A stretch of 64,000 nt of DNA from IMG/VR virus record IMGVR_UViG_3300002072_000002. One strand, 5' to 3'. The position numbers and the translations under genes are program-made. Shown one piece after another: positions 10,062 to 18,381 of this stretch. This DNA comes from an uncultured virus (IMG/VR IMGVR_UViG_3300002072_000002) (taxonomy: Duplodnaviria > Heunggongvirae > Uroviricota > Caudoviricetes). Each line of letters opens with the position of its first letter. The stretch's first letter is position 1. Under the pieces are notes generated by a model, which worked only from the letters and a program-made list of their open reading frames with translations, was not told where the DNA came from and made no database searches.

Positions 10062-10676
10062 TTATCCTCCTGCGAGGCTATTGTCGATGTAGACGACGCC
10101 GATGCCGCCTGGAGCACTTTTTCTATTCACGACGAGTTCCTGCGTCACATACCCAGCCTCTTGGATGTCACCCCAGAGTTTCCAGACCTCAAGTTCGGGA
10201 CAAGTGTCCCCTCTGAGGATGTCATGGAACGCGATGATTCCACCTGGCTTGACCAGTTTGCCATAGAACTCAAAGTCAGCCTTGACCTCCCCGTAGAGGT
10301 GTCCCCCGTCAATGAATAGGAAATCGACCGAGGGCATCACTTGTGAGGCCAACCCTTGCGCCTCGTTGTGATGCGAGTTGCCATTTATCACGAGGCATTC
10401 GCAACCAAATGATTTGCACCAGATATCTGCCGCTTTCTGCTGAAAGAGGAAGTCTATCGCGAGGAAGTTTGCACCCGGACTGACCGCCCTCATCATGGAC
10501 AGCAATGTTCCGCCGCGATATGACCCGATCTCCAAAATGTTACGAGGGTCGGCTTTTTGCACAAGGGCAACCAACGACCGGAGTTCCCATTCTTTCTGAA
10601 GTGTCTCAGGGTCCCCGCCCGTTATCTCCGCCAGGTCCATGCTTCTCAAACCAACATCATGCCACTGGGTAAACAT
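10062..10676 (-). CDS. Class I SAM methyltransferase (Methyltransf_24-like)
   Basis: ILEIGSYRGGT, DFLFIDGGHLY..VKADF and GGIIAFHD motifs. Confidence 0.9.
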   Translation of the reverse strand: MFTQWHDVGLRSMDLAEITGGDPETLQKEWELRSLVALVQKADPRNILEIGSYRGGTLLSMMRAVSPGANFLAIDFLFQQKAADIWCKSFGCECLVINGNSHHNEAQGLASQVMPSVDFLFIDGGHLYGEVKADFEFYGKLVKPGGIIAFHDILRGDTCPELEVWKLWGDIQEAGYVTQELVVNRKSAPGGIGVVYIDNSLAGG

Positions 10677-10785
10677 CTTGCGCCTCCACGAACCAACAAC
10701 CCGATTCCGCCCTTACCTGATCCCCGAATATCTCATGCACCGCCTGTGACACACCCGGATAGCGGGGAATGTAGTCATGGCCGAT
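10657..10785 (-). pseudogene. Remnant C-terminus of a second Methyltransf_24-like gene
   Basis: Start-less frame reads IGHDYIPRYPGVSQAVHEIFGDQVRAESGCWFVE. Confidence 0.55.
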
Positions 10786-13210
10786 TCTTTTGTGTCATGC
10801 CAATCAACACAAGTCTGGCAGGGAACTGCGCGATCACTGATTCGGGGACAGGGCATTCAGTAAAAATAGCACCGAACTCCTTTTGCCACCACTTCTCAGA
10901 ACGGAAGGTTCGGTGCGTCGGATCGGCGCACATGTCGGGGTTTTCGATCGTGTCGATAACCACGCATACCTGCCCATTCCTCTTGAGTGCGTTCATTTTA
11001 CGCAAGTTATCCCGCACAGAAGCCGGCGCGAGGTGTTCCAACACGTCCTGCGAAAAAATCAGGTCGTATTTCTTCCCCGGAGAGAACCGCGAGTCAGGAC
11101 CCCAAGACTTGAGAATACGGATATTGCGACCGCTTTGCCGCTGCAATACGTCTATGAGCGCATCGGGCACTTGCACGCATTCAGACCAAAGGTTCGTTTT
11201 GTCCTTTTGGTGTCGCAGGAACTTGTATTTTTCCCCGGCAAGTGCCTGGATCGTGTTGATGAACCGATATGCCACGGCTTCCTTGCTATACTTCTCCGAA
11301 AGCAACCTGCTCACGTCCCGCAAATCTGCCTTGTCGCATGGAATGGTGAACATGTCCCGCATCCACTCGGAGATTGCATCCACGTTTGCTTCGGCCCATT
11401 GTGGTTGTTTCTCGCCCGGTTCAAAATACGGTTCCCCCGGATGGTTGTGAAACGTCGAACGTTTCATCTCGAATGGAAATAGTGTCATCGTGCGATTGTC
11501 GGCATACTCGTTTGTCGCGCTCCAGCCCGTCATTCCAATCCGACAACCGCAAATCGCGGCTTCCAGCGGAGTTCTGCCGAAGCCCTCGCCTCGATGCGGG
11601 TGGACAAACGCTCCTTGGTCATACGAGGCACTGCGATAAATGTCGGCCAGTTCTTCCTCTGATGTATCATTCCAGATATGCTTGATCTTGGATGCGAGCG
11701 GATGCCTTGCGATCATCTTTGCCGTGTTCTCCCGCTGCCCATAGATTCCATCTTTAAGGACCAACTCGACATTATCGCCGCAAGTGAATGCCGTCCCGAA
11801 CGCTTTGAGTAGCAGGTCAATCCCTTTTCGCGGCTGACTCGATCCTACCCACAGAAACCGGAACGGCTTTGACTGGCGAGGCGAAAGGGCGGGGCGGAAT
11901 ACATTTGTGTCGACGGCGTTCAAGTCACATCGGATCAGTTTCCTTCGGGGTACGCCGCTGTCCACCAGAGCCTCAAGAGCGTGGTCGCTCATGCACAGGT
12001 TCACGTCCACATCGAAGCCCGCAGCATATTTGCGCGGAACACGATCATTCTCGACAACAAAAGTACCTAACCGCCGACCTCCCATGACCAACTGGAATGA
12101 GGTAGACACCGCAAGTGGATGGAAGTCGTATCCGATNGATGCTCTTCTGAACACGGTATAGCCAAAAGATCTCAACGCATCCACCGCGTCGGAAGCTATC
12201 GCCTCCATTGAGCCTGTTTGCCNCTCCGATCTATACACACAAACTTCGTTGCCGTCGGACAGTTTTTCTTGCATATACCGAGCATCTACGGCCCATCGAT
12301 CGTGAAACGACTCTTTGCGAACTGCTTTCGTGGTTACGCCAGCCTTGTGGGGCATGTCGAACGGAACGGAAAGTAACCGATAGCCGGCGCGTAGCACCCT
12401 GTGGCTAAACTCCGTGTCTTCATGCCATACCATCGAATCATCCATTGTCCCGACATGCCCTAAGATGTCGGACCAAAACATCTGCGTCTGCCCTATGAGC
12501 AACTGACATTCCCTAATGCAATCTCGCTGAACCAAGGGAAACTCTGCCCACCTGTCGCCCATCATGCACCCATGCGTCCCCACCATTCCGATGTCCGGTG
12601 CCGAACCCAGTGCCGACAACAACCTGCTGTCCCATCCTGGCACAACCTCGATGTCGTTGTCCAGAATACAGATCACCTCGCCCTTGACTTCTTTCATTCC
12701 AAAGTTCCTGCCGCCGGCCACGCCGAGGTTGGTATCGCTTCGGAAGTAACGCACTCGGGGAAACGCAGTGGGGATTTGTGTGGTCGCATCTGCCGAGCCG
12801 TTGTCCACAAAGATGATCTCGAATCGGCAACCNGTATGGGCATAGATGGACCGAACGCACTTGTCTGTGTATTCATACTGGTTGTGTCCGAGGACCACGA
12901 TCGACAAGAGCACGCTAGCAATTGGTGGCCGATTGTGATTCTCCCAGAGTTTCCACTGTTCGCGTCCCTGAACGTCTGAGGCGGCTGTCCGTTTCGTGTC
13001 CCCTATCTGGTAGTTCTGCGGCTCATTCGCTAACCGCAGTGCAAGACTCTTCGGCAGAGGCGTCCATACCTGCGGATCAGCCGGCAGGCAATAGGCGCCG
13101 TGCCACTGTCNGACGCCGGTGAGATTCCGAACCTTGACTTTCGGTTCGGGCTTCGCCGGTCTTGTCGCCTGCTCCATCCGCATCTTGCGCCGCAGAATAT
13201 GGTTTGCCAT
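10775..13210 (-). CDS. Multidomain glycosyltransferase: GT2 + GT4 + methyltransferase-like
   Basis: GT2 (VDNGSAD, NLGVAGGRN, LDND, EDTEF), GT4 (RKGIDLLL, HPHRGEGFGRTPLEA) and a C-terminal YDLIFSQDVLEHL...DPTH MTase-like domain. Confidence 0.9.
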   Translation of the reverse strand: MANHILRRKMRMEQATRPAKPEPKVKVRNLTGVXQWHGAYCLPADPQVWTPLPKSLALRLANEPQNYQIGDTKRTAASDVQGREQWKLWENHNRPPIASVLLSIVVLGHNQYEYTDKCVRSIYAHXGCRFEIIFVDNGSADATTQIPTAFPRVRYFRSDTNLGVAGGRNFGMKEVKGEVICILDNDIEVVPGWDSRLLSALGSAPDIGMVGTHGCMMGDRWAEFPLVQRDCIRECQLLIGQTQMFWSDILGHVGTMDDSMVWHEDTEFSHRVLRAGYRLLSVPFDMPHKAGVTTKAVRKESFHDRWAVDARYMQEKLSDGNEVCVYRSEXQTGSMEAIASDAVDALRSFGYTVFRRAXIGYDFHPLAVSTSFQLVMGGRRLGTFVVENDRVPRKYAAGFDVDVNLCMSDHALEALVDSGVPRRKLIRCDLNAVDTNVFRPALSPRQSKPFRFLWVGSSQPRKGIDLLLKAFGTAFTCGDNVELVLKDGIYGQRENTAKMIARHPLASKIKHIWNDTSEEELADIYRSASYDQGAFVHPHRGEGFGRTPLEAAICGCRIGMTGWSATNEYADNRTMTLFPFEMKRSTFHNHPGEPYFEPGEKQPQWAEANVDAISEWMRDMFTIPCDKADLRDVSRLLSEKYSKEAVAYRFINTIQALAGEKYKFLRHQKDKTNLWSECVQVPDALIDVLQRQSGRNIRILKSWGPDSRFSPGKKYDLIFSQDVLEHLAPASVRDNLRKMNALKRNGQVCVVIDTIENPDMCADPTHRTFRSEKWWQKEFGAIFTECPVPESVIAQFPARLVLIGMTQKNRP

Positions 13211-14067
13211 CAGCTACCCTCCCCGGTCTCGACAATCAAGCCGTCNGGGTCATAAGCCACGTCGAGAATCTTACCGCCTGCCTGTTCCAATGCCTTCGCC
13301 AACTCCTGCCGACCATCCTTTTTCGACAGGAACAGCAATGTCCCGCCGCCTCCCGCACCGCAAGCCTTGCCGACCGCACCGAGGCTCTTCGCCGTGCCAA
13401 ATAGATGCTCAGTTCCCGCGGCGACCAGCGGCGACCATGCCTGCTGGCAAATCCAGTTCTGCTTCACGCACTCGCGGAACCCTTCGATATCGTTGGACTT
13501 TGCGCAAAACGCGCACTTCTCGGCGATGCTACTCTGGGTTCGCAAGGCAGCATTCACCGTCGAGTCGCGCATCGCAACCGCGTCCGCGACCTCCTGATAG
13601 ATCCGGCCCGATGATCGCGATGAGCCGGAATACACAAGCACGAGCCGCGACCAGAGATCGTCCATGAACGTGGCTTGTGCGTCGATTGGCCGGATGCCCA
13701 CATAGTTCGCAGTGTCGATGCACATGAGATTGAACCCGCCGTAAACGGCCGCGTATTCGTCCTGCCTACCGCCCGGGGTTCCCCAGAACGCGCCAAGGCT
13801 GAATGCCTTTTCCGCCAAGTCGTCATTCTCGGTTATACCTTCGAGCGCGGCTTGGACAGCCCGATATGCACCGCTTTGGCCCAACCCCGAGCCGACTGGC
13901 ATCGGGCTCAAGATTGTAAGCGACGAACTCTCCGGGCTTTTGTCCACCCAGCCGATCACTCGTTTGTTGATTGTCGCGTTGACCACGCGGCCCTCACCGA
14001 GATGCAGAAACCAGTCAGACCCGCCGCCGGCGAAGTCGATTCTCAAAGGAGCGCTTACTCTAAGCAT
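13210..14067 (-). CDS. GHMP sugar kinase, D-glycero-D-manno-heptose-7-phosphate kinase (HddA)-like
   Basis: APLRIDFAGGGSD, PVGSGLGQS, GGRQDEYAAVYGGFN and GKACGAGGGG motifs. Confidence 0.85.
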   Translation of the reverse strand: MLRVSAPLRIDFAGGGSDWFLHLGEGRVVNATINKRVIGWVDKSPESSSLTILSPMPVGSGLGQSGAYRAVQAALEGITENDDLAEKAFSLGAFWGTPGGRQDEYAAVYGGFNLMCIDTANYVGIRPIDAQATFMDDLWSRLVLVYSGSSRSSGRIYQEVADAVAMRDSTVNAALRTQSSIAEKCAFCAKSNDIEGFRECVKQNWICQQAWSPLVAAGTEHLFGTAKSLGAVGKACGAGGGGTLLFLSKKDGRQELAKALEQAGGKILDVAYDXDGLIVETGEGS

Positions 14068-15374
14068 GGCAACCCGCTTTCTCTCGCATCGTCGCAAACG
14101 ACTTCGAGGATCTTCTGGCACGTATGCATGATGGTCCACTTCTCGCNAACCCAAGCGGCCGCAGACTTGCCTTTCGCCAAAGCTCGCTTCCGATTATTTC
14201 GTACATCGCGTAGCGATTCTACCAGCGCGTCGAAGTCCGGCTCCCACCAATTTCCGCAATCCCCCCACCTGTCCGGGAACCCGCCGTTCGCTTGGTTGGG
14301 CACCTTGACCTCTTTGCAGGGGATCGGGTAGTTGTATCGCGAGTCGCAATACTGGCTCATGCCTGAGTTGTCGCTGGCAATGACCGGCAGCCCCGTGGAC
14401 ATAGCCTCTACCGGCGGAATGCCGAATCCTTCGCCCCTCGATGGCCACACGAACGCATCGGCGTCAAGGAAATACTGGACCATCCGTTTCGGCGTCGAGT
14501 TCTCCGCGATAATCTGGATGCGATCGTCTTTCGGCACTCGGTCGATCCAATTCTTGAACCCGCCCTCGATCTGGCCGGCGCGGGTTTTGATAACCAGCCG
14601 CACATCGCGATCATGCGGGAATGCCGCAAGGAACGCCCGGACGGCGCCTATTGGGTTCTTTCGATACGTGAGTCCGCCAGCAATGAGGAACGTGAACGGT
14701 CCATCCCGCTTACTGCGATCGACGTACGGCCAAACCTCCGGGTTCACTCCCTGCGGAACAATATGGATTGGCACTGTCACGCCGCGGACACGAAACGACT
14801 GCGCGGAATTCTCGCACGGCGTCATTATCCGCCGACAGAGGTTCATCGGCTTGGTCCACTCCATCGGGGTTGCCGTTGACTCAAACATCGTGTATGCGAT
14901 CGTCCGCGGAAACGCGCTTCTGTGGCAGTCGCCGGGGAATGTCATGTTGATTCCGTAGATCGGCTTTTCCTGATCCTCGCGGAGCCGGTCAATGATGCTC
15001 TGCGGCACAAACGCTTCGCCCCATCGCTCAAGCGGCAGTCCACCACATTTACCCAAGGCCGGGTGATAATCCCGCAATGCGATCGTCAACTTCACGCCGG
15101 CCATTTGCAGGAAAGCGTTGGCGATCTCCTGGCCGACACTGCCGTAGCCGTCCACATACCACAAGGGGCTCGACCAACCGAGGTGAATGAGATCGTCTTT
15201 CGCGAAGAGATATTCGCCGAGGAGATCGTCGGAGTCGCATCGGTAGTCGAGATCGCCCGCGAGTTGGATTGCGAGCGCATCCGGCACAGGTGTCCATCGT
15301 TGAGGCGGAATCTTCGTGCTGCCAATATGCTGATCTATGTGCCCAAGGTTCAGGATATCGATCATTTTGCCCAT
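14055..15374 (-). CDS. Glycosyltransferase family 4 (GT-B)
   Basis: GYGSVG, YTMFES, RKNP, DAFVWPSRGEGFGIPPVEAMSTGLPVI and WWEPDFD motifs. Confidence 0.92.
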   Translation of the reverse strand: MGKMIDILNLGHIDQHIGSTKIPPQRWTPVPDALAIQLAGDLDYRCDSDDLLGEYLFAKDDLIHLGWSSPLWYVDGYGSVGQEIANAFLQMAGVKLTIALRDYHPALGKCGGLPLERWGEAFVPQSIIDRLREDQEKPIYGINMTFPGDCHRSAFPRTIAYTMFESTATPMEWTKPMNLCRRIMTPCENSAQSFRVRGVTVPIHIVPQGVNPEVWPYVDRSKRDGPFTFLIAGGLTYRKNPIGAVRAFLAAFPHDRDVRLVIKTRAGQIEGGFKNWIDRVPKDDRIQIIAENSTPKRMVQYFLDADAFVWPSRGEGFGIPPVEAMSTGLPVIASDNSGMSQYCDSRYNYPIPCKEVKVPNQANGGFPDRWGDCGNWWEPDFDALVESLRDVRNNRKRALAKGKSAAAWVXEKWTIMHTCQKILEVVCDDARESGLPCLE

Positions 15375-15385
15375 TTTGCCCTTTG

Positions 15386-15418
15386 AGATAAGGGGGAAGC
15401 GACTCGCGCCGCCTCCCC
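15386..15418 (-). terminator. Hairpin after the capsid gene (weak terminator/processing site)
   Basis: GGGGAGGCGGC-GCGA-GTCGCTTCCCC followed by CTTATCT on the minus strand. Confidence 0.55.
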
Positions 15419-15448
15419 TGATTGTTCGCTATTCGGTTTGTCCGCTGT

Positions 15449-18229
15449 TTAGAGCGGGGTGCCGGCCGCACTCGTGATTGTCACGGTTCCGAAGAAGTTC
15501 CCGTTGACCATCTTCTCGGCGACTTCACTGAGCATCCCCTGCTCGTAGTCCAGAGTCTCGGGGTCAACCCACGGAGGGCTGACATAGAGGCCGAGATACG
15601 GGGCGACCACGAAGCCGCTGCGATACCACTCGCTGCCGCGAGCAATGATAAGGAGCTTGTTGTCGGCGACAACATCATCCCACCAGTCAACACTCACGAG
15701 TTCCTCGCCCGTGTTGGCAGCGCCCGCAATGTTCACGCCGCGAGCGATCTGGCCCTGGAACCCACTATCGCTGAAGTCGCCGACCTGCCGCATCACCATC
15801 TTCACCCTCGCGATGGAGGTACGACTACCAATAACGGCGACCGCGTTCGCGCCGCAGAGATCGCCGATGCCAGCCTCCGCGAACGTAATGTAGCTGAGCA
15901 ACTGCTCCTGCCATTCCTTGCCAGACCAGAGACCGTTCGCCGGGACCGCACTTCCGTAGGTCCAGTTTCCGCCGGTCTGCCCCTGGACCATTGCCGCAAG
16001 GTGGTTATAATTCCACTCGCGAGCGATCTGGGCAGCACACTCAGCGACCATGACGGCAGTGGCATCGATCCCCCAGTCTGTCTGAAGCCGGCGAATGACT
16101 TCGATGGACAGGTCAAACCCCAGCTTCTTCGCCGTCGGGCTGATACTCTCGGTCGTGAGTTTGCCCTTCAGCCTCTTCATCGCCTGCTTCTCGCCGGGAT
16201 CTGTGGCATAGGAGCCGGTGAAGTTGTCCACGTCCTTCACGAGGAAGTCAGCATTCTGGGCGTTCGTGCCGTACGTCTTCCAATACGCGATCGTGCCGAG
16301 CGACTTGCTCATCGGTTGCAACGATGCGTATCGAGCCGCGATCAACTGCGGGATCATCTCCATCACGATCGGCAGCACGAACGGAATGGCGGTCGCCACA
16401 TCGTCCGTAGTCATGGCGCCGACCGGGATGTCCTGCGTAAGCATCCCGTAGCTCTGCTGCAGGAATGTCTTCATGTCGCCGACTGATTTGCAGTCTCCGT
16501 TGCGGACCCGCATATGGGCGACCGCATAGGCCGGCTTCTCCATCGCCAACGTCTGCAACATCATCCGGGCGTTGCGAGCCATGTTCGACNGGTCATCCCG
16601 CCCGTTGTCCTTGATCTTGTCCTGCTTTACCGCGGTCTGGACCAGATCCTCGATCGCTTCGCCGGGAGTGTTCACGACGATCTTCGACTCGCCCTTGTAC
16701 TCGGGAATATACATCCCCTTGGACGCCATCGTCACCTGCTGGAGTAGCATCGGCTTCATGGCTTCGAGCAACTGCGGAACCTTGTCCTCGACGTCATCCG
16801 CCGACTGGCACATGCTCGACAGAATGCTTTTCGCCGACTGACTGAACATCGGCTCGAACTTCTTGGCGTCGCCTTGCATCATCGCATCGACGACGGACTC
16901 GACCTTCGCGTCGCGAGCGGTCGCGACCTTGGCGGCTTCGTCGCGAGCAACAATCTCGCCTGCCTGCGCGAGAACCTTCTCCTGGTCCTCAGTGAGAGTC
17001 TTCTTCTGCTCCAGGGTATCAGTGATCTTCTTCAGATCGGCCTGGAGGGCTGTGATGTCGGCACTGCCGGTGGCAGTGGCCTGATCGATCAATGCTTTGA
17101 TCTCTTCGGGTGTCATCGTGTCCTCCTCGTGTGGCCCCATATTCAACGCCTGGAGCCGTACATCTGTTATCTCTGCTCCGGGGCTCGCGCCCTGAAGCAC
17201 CGCATCGGCAATTCGTATCCATTGGAAGTTGTCGGGCTGTGCGACATGCACCGACTGACCCATCCAATCTTCCTTCTTTGTCTTCGCCCGGGCGACTGTG
17301 CTCATGTCGAAAGCCACACCGTCGTCGATGAGCGCGGCGAAGTCCTTACCAGCCTGGCTCGTGCATGTCACGGCCTCGAAAACGAAGTAGTCGCCACTCT
17401 GCACGAGCGAAGTGAACCGCATCGCGAACTCCGCCTCGGTCGGTTCGCGGTAGTCTCCATCCTCGGTCGCCGGGTGTCCCAAACATCCGACCGCCTTGCC
17501 CTGAGCGATCAACTCCTGCACTGCTTCAAGTTCGCTCGCCCACAAAGCCGTTGGGAATACGATCGGCGGGTTGCACTTGTTCACAACATTGCCGTGAGTC
17601 GCGATCCCCTGAATGATGTATCGCCCATCCTCGCGCTTCTGGCAGATTACTCCATTTCGCATCGACTGGAACATGACCGCGCCAACCGGATCTGTCAGTA
17701 TCCGGCAATCGGACACGTCCGATCCCTCGCAGAGCTTCTTCCTCTGTTCGGCAATCGCGAACTGTTCGGACTCGGCAATCGCGACGATGATCGTCTGAAT
17801 CGAGGCGTCACGGACATTCGAGAACGCGATCGTTGCGCCGTCGTCGAAATAGTCGGCGATATAGATTCCGACCGACTCGTAGGTCTCCCGGGAATAAGCC
17901 TCAAACGCTACCCATTGCTGGTGCGTGAAGATCGTATAGCGATAGTCGCCCGGAAGCGTCTTGTCGCCGCGCACCGCTCGGCTGAGTTTCCATATCAGTT
18001 CCTCGTAGGTGTCCGAGGTCGAGATTCCCGTGACCATCGCTTGGCAGAAGATCTTCTGCGCCGAAACGAACCCCTGCTCGACGGCATCTTCGTCAGGAGT
18101 CTCGACACCAACCAAACCCTCCAACGTCTCAATCGCTGATTTGATTGTCGCTATCGTCGCGGCAGAAAGCCTCGCGCCGGCTTGCGTGAGGAAATCTCGC
18201 ATCGCTTGTATTCGGATCTTCGGGTCCAT
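15449..18229 (-). CDS. Prohead protease-scaffold-major capsid polyprotein (T4 gp21-like + gp23-like)
   Basis: GGAGG RBS before ATG 18229. Protease-like region (QGIATHGNVVNKCN..., GCLGHP, FDMST), then coiled coil, then gp23-like capsid motifs (QPMSKSLGTIAY, AKKLGFDLSIE, QIAREWN, GFVVAPYLGL). Confidence 0.85.
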   Translation of the reverse strand: MDPKIRIQAMRDFLTQAGARLSAATIATIKSAIETLEGLVGVETPDEDAVEQGFVSAQKIFCQAMVTGISTSDTYEELIWKLSRAVRGDKTLPGDYRYTIFTHQQWVAFEAYSRETYESVGIYIADYFDDGATIAFSNVRDASIQTIIVAIAESEQFAIAEQRKKLCEGSDVSDCRILTDPVGAVMFQSMRNGVICQKREDGRYIIQGIATHGNVVNKCNPPIVFPTALWASELEAVQELIAQGKAVGCLGHPATEDGDYREPTEAEFAMRFTSLVQSGDYFVFEAVTCTSQAGKDFAALIDDGVAFDMSTVARAKTKKEDWMGQSVHVAQPDNFQWIRIADAVLQGASPGAEITDVRLQALNMGPHEEDTMTPEEIKALIDQATATGSADITALQADLKKITDTLEQKKTLTEDQEKVLAQAGEIVARDEAAKVATARDAKVESVVDAMMQGDAKKFEPMFSQSAKSILSSMCQSADDVEDKVPQLLEAMKPMLLQQVTMASKGMYIPEYKGESKIVVNTPGEAIEDLVQTAVKQDKIKDNGRDDXSNMARNARMMLQTLAMEKPAYAVAHMRVRNGDCKSVGDMKTFLQQSYGMLTQDIPVGAMTTDDVATAIPFVLPIVMEMIPQLIAARYASLQPMSKSLGTIAYWKTYGTNAQNADFLVKDVDNFTGSYATDPGEKQAMKRLKGKLTTESISPTAKKLGFDLSIEVIRRLQTDWGIDATAVMVAECAAQIAREWNYNHLAAMVQGQTGGNWTYGSAVPANGLWSGKEWQEQLLSYITFAEAGIGDLCGANAVAVIGSRTSIARVKMVMRQVGDFSDSGFQGQIARGVNIAGAANTGEELVSVDWWDDVVADNKLLIIARGSEWYRSGFVVAPYLGLYVSPPWVDPETLDYEQGMLSEVAEKMVNGNFFGTVTITSAAGTPL

Positions 18230-18381
18230 CGGTTGCCTCCTACTTCGCGCCCTTGTGGGAATCGACCGCATTTTTGAATATGTAACCGCAGAAATACGAC
18301 CAGCTATCCATCTGCTTCTTCGGCGATACTTTGACTGGCTGTTTTGCAGATGCCTTTTGGGTTGTGGCCATGCGATCTTCC

